From: Callorhinchus milii | Lineage: Eukaryota | NCBI RefSeq assembly: GCF_018977255.1 | Contig: NW_024704743.1 | Span: 12,774,001-12,838,000 of the forward strand | Direction of reading: 5' to 3' | DNA length: 64,000 nucleotides | Shown: positions 12,751-24,914 of the stretch, piece by piece | Layout of the letters: each line of letters starts with the position of its first letter | Position numbering within the stretch: the stretch's first letter is position 1 | Program-made: the position numbers and the translations under genes | Notes under the pieces: generated by a model | What the model was told of the DNA's origin: nothing | The model's database searches: none | The model's input: only the letters and a program-made list of their open reading frames with translations

Positions 12751-13139
12751 CTTTGCATTATAATAGACACAAGAAGAAAAGTTTTTGTTTCTACTTACAA
12801 CATCAGTGAGAAAGCACAGAAAGCAATCTACATAACACAGTATTGAGGTTTTTCAGACTCTTTGGCTCACTTGATATTGCTTTCACAGCGGGTTGATTCA
12901 ATTGTTTTTCTCAGTGCAATATATATTCCTCTAATGAATATGCTTCTTGTTTCTCCAGTGTCGTGCAAAGATAGTTCTTGTGCAACCTAACAACCTGCTC
13001 TTTCAAACACCTATCTATGTGGCAATTAAAAAACAAAGTTGCCTGCCGCTAAAAGATCAAAATGCACAGATCAACTGCTCAAATATTACTATTTCAATTA
13101 ACAGTCCCAAAATATTTCACAGGGTTTACTGAAAAGTGG

Positions 13140-13447
13140 CATGACTGTATTTGTAGGCAAAAGTAGCAGTCAATTTGCACACAGCAATGTCCTTCCTATA
13201 AACAGCCATAAAGCCAATACCAATTTTATTTGGGGGATTGTTGGCCAGGGATACCAGGAGAAACTTCCTTCACTTTTTGAAAGTATCATGAGATGTTGAA
13301 TGTCTGTCTGGACAGGCAAACGGAACCTTGATTTACCATCTGAAGGATGGCACTTCAGACAATGCAGCCCTCCACCAGACTGTGGCTTTAACCCACAACC
13401 ATTCAAGTCAGAGGCAAGAGTGGTACTAATTAAGACAGGCTGACACT
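13140..13447 (-). mobile_element. Old Deu-domain SINE
   Basis: Reverse-complement homology to 12340-12750. Confidence 0.75.
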
Positions 13448-14330
13448 CTACTATACTCCCATTGCAACATCAAGCTCTTTCTTAAATGAGCCCGTCATCG
13501 TGTATTGCAATCCCACAGCAAAAGTGTGCATTGGAGGTAGCTCTCGAAATCTGTAGTTAAATATTATTGCACCACTGAAAGAAATTCTACTCAATATTTA
13601 CCTGTTTTTAAATACCATCTTGTGTCACAGTAATTGCACTGTGAATCATTACCCACAGATATGTTAAACTACATCAACATGACAGATTAATTTCTGCTAC
13701 TTTTGTGTTCCATGCCCCAAACAGTCTATGTGATAGTTAACAAATAGTGAGAACTAAGTACCAGTGTTTTGTGTGCTCACACAGCATATTGAGGCCTCTG
13801 GTGCAAACCAATTAACACAGATTACGTGGCTTTTCTTTACCAACCCAATTATGTTTATATTTAAAACTAGAACACTATTTCAAAATTGTGTACCAAATTT
13901 CTCAATGATACAAATGAACTTCAGAAATATAAACGTTGCATTAGAACATTTTCACCTGTAGGTGCAATATACTGATAATGTAAAACTTCTGGGAAAACAA
14001 TTCTTATTCTGCAATATTCTCTGGACCTGTAAAATCTTTTATTAGTATGTGCACTTTTGTTAGCTGAACTAATTATTTTACCCTTCTTACAATAAATATT
14101 ACCATGTGTCAGTGCAGACGTATAAAGGTGTTCGGTATAAGCCTTCTATACTTCTAAGATATTCAAAGCCCTTACACGTTAAAAGCTACTACTCACTGAA
14201 TTCTTTCTGAAAATTTCAGCAGCGTGGTCTTTTCTGAAACTGGGTTCTTTTTGAAATTTTTACGAATTTGAAATGTAGGCTTAGAGTTTTGCTATGTCAA
14301 AACACGATAATCCCAGAAAATCATGAACAA

Positions 14331-15010
14331 TGGTGCCCTGGTCACAGATAGAGAGGATGTCGTTTGTGACTTTCACAAGCGCAGTCTCTGTACTGTGGGC
14401 GGAAACCAGACTGGAGGGGTTTGAAGAGGGAGTGGGAGGAGAGGTTTGCGTGGAGTTGATTGGCAACAACACGTTCTAGGACTTTTGCGAGGAAGGGCAG
14501 GTTAGGGTGGTAGGTCTGAGGGATCTAGGGAAGGTTTTTTGAGGAGGGGGTTGATGACAGTAGTTTTGAGGGGGCAGGGACTGATCCGGAGGAGAGGGCC
14601 TGGTTAATGACGTCAGCCAGTAGTGGGCAGAGGAGGGGGAGCTGGGTCACCAGCAAGTTGGTGGGGAGGGGGTCGAAGCAGCAGGTGGTGGGTTTCATGG
14701 AGATGATGGTGGGTGAGAGGGAGGAGGGAGAGATGGGGAGGAAGGAATGTAGGATGGGGGTGGTGGTAGGGGCAGATGATGGGGACAGGGAGGGGGACAG
14801 AGGGGGCATGGTGGTGGGTGACAAGAGGCAGGAGGATGAGGCTGCCTGGCGGATGTTATGTATTTTAGATGAAAAGAAGTCTATGACCTCCTCGCACTTG
14901 GCATTTGATATGAAGATTGAGGAGGCCTGAGGAGGGGCATGAAGGAGGTAGGGGATGGTGGAAAAAGGATTTTAGGGTTGTGTTTAGCCTCCAAGATGAT
15001 GTTGGAGTAG
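14331..15010 (-). mobile_element. L2 LINE internal fragment
   Basis: MKPTTCCFDPLPT..INQALSSGSVP and HSTETALVKVTNDIL. Confidence 0.9.
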
Positions 15011-15577
15011 AAGGCTGTTTTTGCATGTGTCAAAAAACGGCGGTAGCTGTGGAGATGCTTGAGCCACAGTTGGCTTTCACTTTCACACCTGCCGATATTT
15101 TCACTGTTGAAGCGTCTGACTGACTAAAGAATTCATTTGGCATTGTCAATTGTCTGATATTTTCTTGAAAGAAACAGGACAAATCCAAGATTGAGGAAAG
15201 GATTGGAAATCAAGGGAGAAAAGCAAGAGGATAATTTTAGAGTTGAGGTTAGGGAGTCTGAGTGAAACATGCTAAATGTGGCAGCAAAGACATTGAAACA
15301 ACTTATCGATTCACATTCATAAAATGCATGCCTTTTAATTAAGTTTGTATGTTTGTTAAGTACAGAAATAGAACACTTTCCATTTTTAAAAAACAAATTC
15401 CAGTGTTAGAGGATTGAGCTACTATGAGAAACAATCAGACAAGCTTGGCCCTTTGGTTCTGAAAGGAAACATCTCAAGTGGACCTTGTGTGCAGTAAAAC
15501 TCATTTAAGCTGTATTAGTTGGAGTCATAACATTTAATATGACTTATGCAAAGTATGAGTTATGGCAAACTTGCATA

Positions 15578-15948
15578 AGTCCTATGGTTTGGTGGTTAGA
15601 GCACTCGCCTCGCAAGCGAGAAGACCTGGGTTCAATTCCCAGGCAGTGCAAAACTTTAGGCAAGTTTCCTTACTCCACATGCCTCTTTTTACCTAGCAAT
15701 GAGTAGGAACCCGGTTGTTAGTCGACTGACAGATCACTTTTTTGGGGTAATATTCCCTTCAAAAAAGAATAATAATAATAATTTGGTAATTTCACTCAAT
15801 CCACAACTGGTTGTGGGATACTGCTGGGCACAATTGCCTCCCGAAATATGTAGTCAATTCACTTTACAGTATATTCTGTGAAGCGCTTTGAGAACATCTC
15901 AAAGTCAGGATAAGGCTCCATATCAAATGCAAGGATTATTATTATTAT
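15578..15948 (+). mobile_element. tRNA-derived Deu SINE, longer variant
   Basis: Same head and tail as the 3768 copy plus an extra internal segment at about 15685-15745. Confidence 0.85.
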
Positions 15949-16194
15949 GACTAACACATAAAAAATTCACAATTATTGTACTAGCTAGTGACATTAACAA
16001 AAGTGTTGGATTGTGCATATCCAGTGTTCCATTTGATGCAGGTGGGGGAAACAAAACCAAAAAAAGTTTTGTCCTGGCAGTCGGTAACATCGGTAGCATC
16101 AAGTGCAGTAATGGAGTTACAAGTTATGCAATTATTGCATATAAATTTAAGTGGTTTTAGTAGGAAATTGAACGGGACTCGGGTGCATCCGCGT

Positions 16195-16585
16195 CCTCAC
16201 CTTCAAAGCCCTCAACGGCTTCGCTCCTCCTTACTTCTATGACCGCCTAATCCCCTAGTAACCCGCCCGCTTCATCCGTTCAGCGGGCTCTGGCTTGCTT
16301 CACGCCCCCCACCTTACCAGCCCCACCATTGGCAGGCGGGCTTTCAGCCTCTCTGCCCATACCCTCTGGAATTCCATCCCACAGTCGCTCTGTCTCTCCC
16401 TTGCCTCCTTCAAGACACGTCTCAGGACTCTCCTCTTCGACCGTGCCTTCAGTCACCCTCCTACTCCTAGCCTTCACCCCTCCTGATCCCAACAACCAGC
16501 TCAGGTGCAGATCCCTGACTGTGCAGAACATTGGGAAGTCCTCCTGACATGAAGGGCACTATACAAATGTAATTTGTTGTTGTTG
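16195..16585 (+). mobile_element. L2 3' fragment
   Basis: IGRRAFSLSAHTLWNSIP..FKTRLRTLLF plus tail. Confidence 0.9.
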
Positions 16586-17639
16586 TGGATGTACGACTTA
16601 GGTGATTATACGATTCATACAGATAAGGCTTATGCGGGTATTACTGTACTAGAATTTAAATGGTATTGTGAAAATAAACCCACCACAATACTTTGCTGCA
16701 CTGAGAATCATCTGAGACAGATTATAAGGGAACAGATTTAGGGTTGAAAGAGCAATTTCAAAACAGACACCAGGAAATATTTATTTACCAAAATGGTAAT
16801 TAACGACTGGAACAGGTTATTAGCACGGGTGGTAGAGGTCAGGACGCTGGACTCATTTAAAAATCAGCTTGATAGTGTGATAGGAGGATGGTGAAGTTGG
16901 TATTCTGGAAGAATGAGATCAAAGGGGCCAAAGGACCTTCTTTGTACAAAGCTTTATTGTGATCAAACACTGCTAGGGAGGCACATGTGGGATAGATGCA
17001 GAGTAATGCTCCTATTCTTCTGCTACAGCATTAACTATCCATATAACACTTGATTTTTTCCACTTCCCACGACATCTATAATTTGTATCATGCTGCAAGA
17101 TTTCCAGTTAAGTGTACATTTCTGTCAATTGTGGATAGTATGTGGTGTGGGTCTGTACTGCGAAACTCACACTTCCAATATGATTTCACACAAGTCCCTT
17201 AAAGCCAGAATTAAGGTGACTTCTCAACCATTAACAATATTCAAATATAAGCCCTAAGGTCTACAGCTGCCAGGGAATACCACAAGGGCAGTTGAGCCTG
17301 CATGCGCAGGCTCTCTCCCTCCCTCTCTTTCTGTCTCTGCCCCGTGCTTGAGAAGGGAAGAAGGCTAAAACGAGGTGGAATTTCGGAATTTCGGACCACT
17401 GATGTCCACAGCATGTTTGGTATATCTTTTTATATTATGTATGCAGCAAACATTTTTTGCAAAAAAATCACAGTGTAATAAGGTTCACTGTGCTTCTCCG
17501 CTCTCTGTGATATTACCAAACTGGCTTCAATGTGAAATGACGTTTTCTAATAATGTGATCAGATGGCCAGATGGATCCACTGGAGGAATCTTTTGGGAAG
17601 TTAGTTAGATGGATTAAATGGGCAAATAGGGTGAGCAGG

Positions 17640-17885
17640 GTGAAACCTTGGGCAAGTTTTCTTACTCCACATGCCTGATAATAATCCCTCAAGAAAAAAA
17701 ACACAATAATAATTTGGTCACTCAATCCGCGACTGTTTGTTGGACACTGCTGTGTGCAATTGGCTGCCGCGTTTCGACCACAAATATACAGTCGATTCAC
17801 TTTACAGCATATTCTGTGAAGTGCTTTGAGATGTCTATAAGATGTGAAAAGCGCTATCTCAAATACAAGGATTATTATTATTATG
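17640..17885 (+). mobile_element. 5'-truncated Deu SINE
   Basis: Homology to the 3768 copy. Confidence 0.88.
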
Positions 17886-17901
17886 TAATGCAGATTATGA
17901 A

Positions 17902-18217
17902 AATAATAATAATCCTTGCATTTGATAAAGCGCTTTCCACGTCGGGAGGACGTCCCAAAGCGCTTCACAGAACACACTGTAAAGTGAATTGACTGTATAT
18001 TTGTGGGCGAACGCGGCAGCCAATTGCACACAGCAATGTCCCACAAACAGTCGTTGATTGAAAATGACCAATTAATCATTGTTTTTGGTTTTTGGTTTTG
18101 GAGGGATTATTAGGCTCTGTGTGGAGTAAGGAAACTTGCCCAAGGTTTCGCCCTCTGTCTGGAATTGAACTCAGGTCTCTCGCTTGCAAAGCGAGTGCTC
18201 TAACCACTGAGCTACAG
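17902..18217 (-). mobile_element. Young full-length Deu SINE
   Basis: Near-identical reverse complement of 3768-4091. Confidence 0.92.
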
Positions 18218-20818
18218 AAAAGTCGCACTGTGGCCGCTATTAAGTGTTGGTGACCGCACACTGAGGCCACCCAAAACATTTAATTTGAGAACCACTGTGC
18301 TAATCAATTTTCATTTGATTACTTGCAAATTGACTGCAATTCATCTACAAATTCACAGTCCCTACCCTTTTTAAAAAACTTTATGAGGGACTTTCAGACA
18401 TTCAACATATTAGTCACAACATCAAATATAATAATAATCCTTGCATTTGATATTGTGCTCAAAGTGCTAAAGTGTAGTGACTGTGTATTTTGTAAGTGAA
18501 CACAACAGTCAATTGCGCACAGCAGCGTCCCACAAACAGCCATAAAGTAAATGACCAATCTTATTTGGAGGATTGTTGGCCAAGGCACCAGGTGAAACTC
18601 CTTTCTCTTTCAAATAGTGCTTTGTAAGGATGATTATTATTGGGGTCAATTTTGTATTCACAGATTTCTTAATTTAGAATGCAATGCAAACAATAATTAG
18701 ATGTATGTCTCACATGCATTTCTGACTGAAGGGCATCCCGTTCCAAATGTAGATTGAGTGTGATTGCATTTCCTGTGATTTAGCATCATAGACTTTTGGA
18801 TTTCTTAATTAAGAAATTTGTTAAGAAATGTTACAAATTTACCAGGCACATTATTTTGTACTCTCAGTTTTGGTCTAGCTATAAATCCTCATATGTTATT
18901 TGTGGGTCACAAATTGCTTTGCCTGAAAACAAAGCTCTGAACAAAGCGCTACAAAGTGCTGTGTTTTATTTCTCCGCATAGTTTGAAAAGGTGCTCAGTG
19001 GCACTCACTTACATGAAATTATTCAAACTGCACAAGGAAACAACAACTAATAAAACCAGTGTAAAGGTGCATTACTACTACCAAAAAGCTGACCAAAAAG
19101 AACAAGTAGTAGTAATATATCTTTGTGTGTTCTTTGTGTGTTCCTCTGACACACAAAGGAAAAGGATTATTATGTTGCTTTAGAGTTTCCAAATTAAACT
19201 ACTGAGAGTTTTACTGGAAGTATATTATAGTCCATTCACTTTACAGTACATTCTGTGAAGTGCTTTGAGACGTCAAGGAGACGTGAAAAGCGCTATATCA
19301 AATGCAAGGATTATTTTTATTATTTAATATGGAAATTTCCATTTATCTGGTATGGAGTGTACACTGTTTCCCCAGAGCGACCTACCCTGCTTACCTAAAT
19401 CCAGGTAGCTTAGGTGTATCTTGGCAAGAGATAACTCTTGGAGATTCCATTGTGTTTGGGGGGTATTGCTGGAGTTAAATAAGCTAAAAGCAGCTAAAAA
19501 GCAAGTGTTCCACAGCTAGGACCACTCTGCCCATTGGGGTTTTGGGTTTACAGGATTAACAGGAGCTGGATGAGGAGAATCCCAATGACTGTTTTCCTCT
19601 ATAAATCCTATTCATAATTCCTTGGAACTACTTGCTTTTTAAAGCAGGAACCAACAAACAAGAGTTCCCTATCTCAGACCCAGAACAGCAACAGATTACC
19701 CTAAAGATTTTGTCATATGAAAGTAGCTGCCTTCAAAATCAAATTGTTTAAAAGCACTAGATCCTCTTTCATGTGAGCAACAGCAATACCCAAGAGTATT
19801 TAATTTGCTTTAATACTATTGAACAAATCAATGCGCTTGTGGCAGATTGATGACATTAAAAATTAAAACTGCTTGAATGTGCCCAGATTACTGATGCCGA
19901 CTGTTCAAGATTGCTTAAAGGAGAAATAAATTTTCTGGGTAAAATTCCCCTTACTGTGACAATTTATTGGCCTTTTAAAAACATCTAGTGTTTTCGTACA
20001 AATAAACACACACAGCACACACACACACTATTTTTGACAGCAGTGGATGCTGATGCTGGGTACGGGGAAGCAATCACCCGAGTTCCTGTTTGAAGCTACA
20101 CAATGCAACAATCAGCTGATTGAAACTCTATGAAAAAAAACCCAGCAAACACTGTGGAAAGGGTCAATTACATTATCAGTATTTTCTTCAGCTGCTGCTG
20201 GGCATGGAGCACGCGCTCAGCATAACAAATTAATCGACTAACATTACCAATTAAAATGTGGATAACTTCTCCCCCCCACATCCCCACTGTCAAAGAGACC
20301 CTTTTCTTTAGTTTTTGTTGTTGTAAAAGAAATAAAAAGCCACAAAATTGTAAGGAATAGGACATTTTAACAACAAAATAGTTGTATTTCTTTAGACCAT
20401 TTCTCATTTAGCAAAGAAATCAGATTGATATTCATTGATATTCATTCTCTGTACACTGTGTAAACAACTTTTACATGCCACACTAAGTCCTCCCAACATG
20501 AACGGAAGGCACTATAGAGATGTAAATTTGTACTGTATCCTACAGTAGTTTGTTCATATTAGCTCTGCTAATAATAGCTCAACATCATTATTACAACAAT
20601 TGAGATCACTTTGAAAATGAATTACATACAGAATATAATTGTTAATATACAGTAATGAACTGCTGAGAAGCATTGGTGTAGAGTTTCTGTGACAGTTAGT
20701 GATTTAATATTGTTTAAAAGAATTTCAATTGTATCAAGGAAATAACGACAATGATTTATTGATATTGTGCCACTTTAACGTATTCAAAGTGTTGTTCAGA
20801 AAAGCAGCTTAACCAGAG

Positions 20819-22077
20819 CAGTGTGGCCCAACAAACAGTCCGCAGACCGCATCAGACCTGGCGGGTGATCTTATCGGGTCCGAGACCATTTCCTACATTC
20901 CAACTTCCGCTCTCTTCCTGGTGAACATCCTCCCAGGACAGCGGCAGGAGTTGGAGGCTAGGAGGACGCAGCGCAGACAGTGGAAATAACGCTGGCCATT
21001 ATTACAGTGTATTCCCGAGCTGAGGGGAAGGCAAGCGTGTCTCCTTATCCACCGTGTCTTTAGCAACCGCCGGCTCCTGCCACTGCAGATAGAGAACCGT
21101 ACATCTGATTGAGAGAGAAAGGGATTGAGAGAGGGGGAGAGAGAGACAGGGAGAGAGAGGGGGGTGAGTGGGGGGAAGAGAGGGGGGAAAGAAGGGAGAA
21201 GGGGAGAGAGAGGGATTGAGTGAGAGTGAGGGATGGAGAGGGGTAAAGAGAGGGGGTGAAAGAGAGGGATTGAGTGAAAGGTGGGAGAGAGGGGGAGTGT
21301 GTGAGTGGAGGTGTGTGTGAGAGAGAGGTGAGAAAGGGGGAGTGAGAGAGAGAGACTGTGTGAGAGGGGGGAGAGAGTGATTGAGGGAGGGGAGAGAGAG
21401 TGTGTGTGAGTATGAGTAAGAGATCAGAAAGAGAGAGAGAGGGGGGGAAATTGAGAGAGGGTGATTATCAGAGAGAGGAGAGGGAGGGAAAGAGTGATTG
21501 AGGGGGTCAGAGGGAAGAGGGAGAATGAGAGAGAGAGTAATAGGGAGAGAGAGCATGAGGGAGGGGAGAGAGAGAAATAAAAAGAGTGAGAGTCTCCCTC
21601 AGTCGCTGCGGTGGGGACTGAGGACAGACACCCACTGATTTCCTCACAGAAAGCTTCCTCTTTCCCCACGAATAAAATTATTTACGTCCTTCATCCCACT
21701 CCACCCCCTCCCTCCGCTACTCCTGCGATCTCCTAATCTGGCCGTTCCCTTTGCCCAGCAAACACCGGGTTGCTTCATGTCCCCCCACCCCATCTGCCTC
21801 ACCACTGCCATTTTGCCCCCGCTCTCTGGAGCTCCATTCCTGGTGCCCCTCCAACTCGTTTTCTCTCTCCTCTCTTTCAAGGCACTTCAAGATCGAATTC
21901 TTTTGGCTTCCAACGCCCCAGCTCAGGGTCCCAGCCGGCAGTGTCAAGCACTTTGACCTTCCAACAAGGAAAAGGTGCTACATCAATGTTGTTATGTTTC
22001 TGGTAGGGAAACACAAAATATTGTTTACGGGGCCCTCGGACCTTTTTCAAACAGGGAATCCTAAAGGTTGGACCCTG
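20819..22077. mobile_element. Non-autonomous hAT-like DNA transposon, copy 1 (internal GA-rich tract and nested L2 3' end at about 21725-21998)
   Basis: Ends cagtgtggcccaac / gttggaccctg; 8-bp flanks aaccagag / aactggag (6/8); body homologous to 43179-44169. Confidence 0.75.
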
Positions 22078-22718
22078 AACTGGAGGAAATGCAGACTGGT
22101 GCAATACAATTAAATGTCACCATTTCACCGTATTTCAATCACCATATCAGTCTGAGCCATTATTTTGCTGTTTTATTGTGCCGTGCACATTGATTGTAGA
22201 ATTTTCTATTATTTCCTAAGTTTCAGAAGGTATACTTTGCCTAAGTCGTATTTAATGTATGGTCCCAACTGGTACGATTGATGTGTGAGGTTTACTGTAT
22301 TTCTCAAAAACATCTCTGGCCCTGCCTTGCCCTTCAGTCGCCAGACATCAAAACATGTAGCAGAAACAGCCTGTTCTCCATCATACAGATTCCTGAGCAG
22401 CACCACCCAAACTACCAGCCACAGTGACTCCCTGCTTTCAGATACAGCACAGTAGCTTAGAGGACCCACACCCGAGCATCATCCGAAGCTAAACAATAAA
22501 GCACTTCCTATCTTACCGTGATGTTCACCCACAGCAATATAACTCACCTCGGCCAAAAGGTGTCTCACTAAAATCAGAAGGATCTTTTATCCCTCTCAAG
22601 ATTGCAAACCAGATTGCACCATTTGTATACAGATCATCGTTCACATACAGATCACTGCCTCTTACTCAGATCTTCCAGATGACTGTGCACTGGATAAACA
22701 TTCCCATGTTTTTGTCTG

Positions 22719-23158
22719 GGAGCTGGAGCAGGAGCTGGAGCTGGAGCAGGAGCTGGAGCAGGAGCAGGAGCAGGAGCTGGAGCAGGAGCTGGAGCAGGAG
22801 CTGGAGCAGGAGCAGGAGCTGGAGCTGGAGCAGGAGCTGGAGCAGGAGCAGGAGCTGGAGCAGGAGCTGGAGCTGGAGCAGGAGCTGGAGCAGGAGCTGG
22901 AGCAGGAGCAGGAGCTGGAGCAGGAGCAGGAGCTGGAGCTGGAGCAGGAGCTGGAGCAGGAGCAGGAGCTGGAGCAGGAGCTGGAGCAGGAGCAGGAGCA
23001 GGAGCAGGAGCTGGAGCAGGAGCAGGAGCTGGAGCAGGAGCTGGAGCAGGAGCTGGAGCAGGAGCAGGAGCAGGAGCAGGAGCTGGAGCAGGAGCAGGAG
23101 CAGGAGCAGGAGCTGGAGCAGGAGCTGGAGCTGGAGCAGGAGCAGGAGCTGGAGCAGG
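22719..23158. repeat. (GGAGCW)n hexamer array, 73 units
   Basis: Uninterrupted GGAGCT/GGAGCA units; I saw variation only at the sixth base. Confidence 0.97.
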
Positions 23159-23664
23159 TCTGAGGAGCTCAGAGTAGACGGCGGCTGCAGTCTGCACACC
23201 GCGGGGGGGGGGGAGGGGGAGGGGGGTGACGAACAGGTGCACTCGCCGCCGTGGAGACCCCCCACTCCCCCCTCCCCCCCCCCCACCCCGAGAAAGAAAA
23301 ACAAGGGAAGCAAATAAACAAAGGAATAACAATAATATCAGACATAAATAAAGCAAAGCTGCTGCCTCTAAACAGCGCTGGAAATCACAGCCCCCCCCCC
23401 CCCCAGCACCTGAGGCTCCCAAACTGTCTGGGTTTCTGGAAACAACTGGACTGAGACCGGAGCACTGACACAGCAGAGCCCCCACCGCCCCCTCCCCCCC
23501 CCGGACCCACTCTCTCTGCACATTGCTGCACAGATGTGAAAAATTGCACCTATTCCAGCGGTTCGGATGGAGGCAACGCGCGGAGTTATTTCCAGGGGGT
23601 CCTGGTCTGGTCCTGGTCCGGTCTGGGGAGGGAGGGGTCGTGGTCGCTGTCAGACTGACTGCCC

Positions 23665-24432
23665 CCCCCACACCCTGTCAGAGCTCTCCCCCCCACACCC
23701 CCTGTCAGAGCTCTCCCCCCACACCCCCTGTCAGAGCTCTCCCCCCACACCCCCCCCACCCCCTGTCAGAGCTCTCCCCCCACACCCCCTGTCAGAGCTC
23801 TCCCCCCCACCCCCCCCCACACCCCTGTCAGAGCTCTCCCCCCACACCCCCTGTCAGAGCTCTCCCCCCCACACCCCCCCCACACCCCCTGTCAGAGCTC
23901 TCCCCCCCACACCCCCTGTCAGAGCTCTCCCCCCCACACCCCCCCACACCCCTGTCAGAGCTCTCCCCCCACACCCCCTCCACACCCCCTGTCAGAGCTC
24001 TCCCCCCCCACACCCCCTGTCAGAGCTCTCCCCCCACACCCCCTGTCAGAGCTCTCCCCCCCACACCCCCCCACACCCCCTGTCAGAGCTCTCCCCCCCC
24101 CCCCCCCCCCACCCCCTGTCAGAGCTCCCCCCACACCCCCTGTCAGAGCTCTCCCCCCCACACCCCCTGTCAGAGCTCTCCCCCCCACACCCCCTGTCAG
24201 AGCTCTCCCCCCCACACCCCCCTGTCAGAGCTCTCCCCCCCACACCCCCCACACCCCCTGTCAGAGCTCTCCCCCCCCCCCCCCCACACCCCTGTCAGAG
24301 CTCTCCCCCCACACCCCCCCCACACCCCCTGTCAGAGCTCTCCCCCCCACACCCGTCAGAGCTCTCCCCCCACACCCCCTGTCAGAGCTCTCCCCCCCAC
24401 ACCCCCCCCACACCCCCTGTCAGAGCTCTCCC
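23665..24432. repeat. C-rich minisatellite, about 25 units with core CTGTCAGAGCTCT and variable C-tracts
   Basis: Directly visible tandem units of roughly 26-40 bp. Confidence 0.95.
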
Positions 24433-24467
24433 CGGCGCTCACTCACCCGAACAAAGAGCCGCGGTTT

Positions 24468-24510
24468 CCCGAGCCCGAGCCGAGCCGAGCCCGAGCCCGA
24501 GCCGAGCCCC
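24468..24510. repeat. Short (CCGAGC/CCGAG)n microsatellite next to the splice donor
   Basis: cccgagcccgagccgagccgagcccgagcccgagccgagcccc. Confidence 0.9.
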
Positions 24511-24516
24511 GCTTAC

Positions 24517-24669
24517 CTGTCTCCACGTTGAGGGATATGCGCGCCTCGGTGAGGTAGGGGGTGTCGCTCTTGGACCGGACTCTTCGGATGGGCCGGCGAT
24601 CTGCTTCCTCCCCCGAAGAGGCCGCCATTAATGTATCGGCTGCGATGAGGGTCGGCCGGCGGGCAGCAG
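24517..24669 (-). CDS. PHACTR1: PHACTR1 (phosphatase and actin regulator 1) coding exon, 153 nt, phase 1-1
   Basis: Translates [50 protein letters not shown], close to recalled human [49 protein letters not shown]. Donor ACAG|GTAAGC at 24516; acceptor tgcAG at 24670-24671; internal ATG at 24628. Confidence 0.95.
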
Positions 24670-24914
24670 CTGCACCGCGCCGCCCCCGCCCCCGGCAACA
24701 CCGTACCGAGGATGCGGGAGCGAAGCAGAGAGAGAGGAGGGGAGGAGGGCAGAGAGGAGGGGGGAGAGGGGGCGGGAGGGGGAGACAGGGACAGCGTTAC
24801 ACACAAACTGGAGGGGATGGCAGGAAATCCCGCCCACACCCCCTACACAATACACCCCCTCCCCCCACCCCCCAAACACCCAGCACAGCCCCCCTCCCCC
24901 CACACCAGTCTGCA

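Noticed and set aside
21002..21669. Leu/Ser/Pro-rich ORFs
   Set aside because: Translation of a GA/CT low-complexity tract inside a transposon.
23665..24432. CRISPR-like repeat-spacer array
   Set aside because: The spacers are only C-tracts, not unique sequences; vertebrate context with no cas genes.
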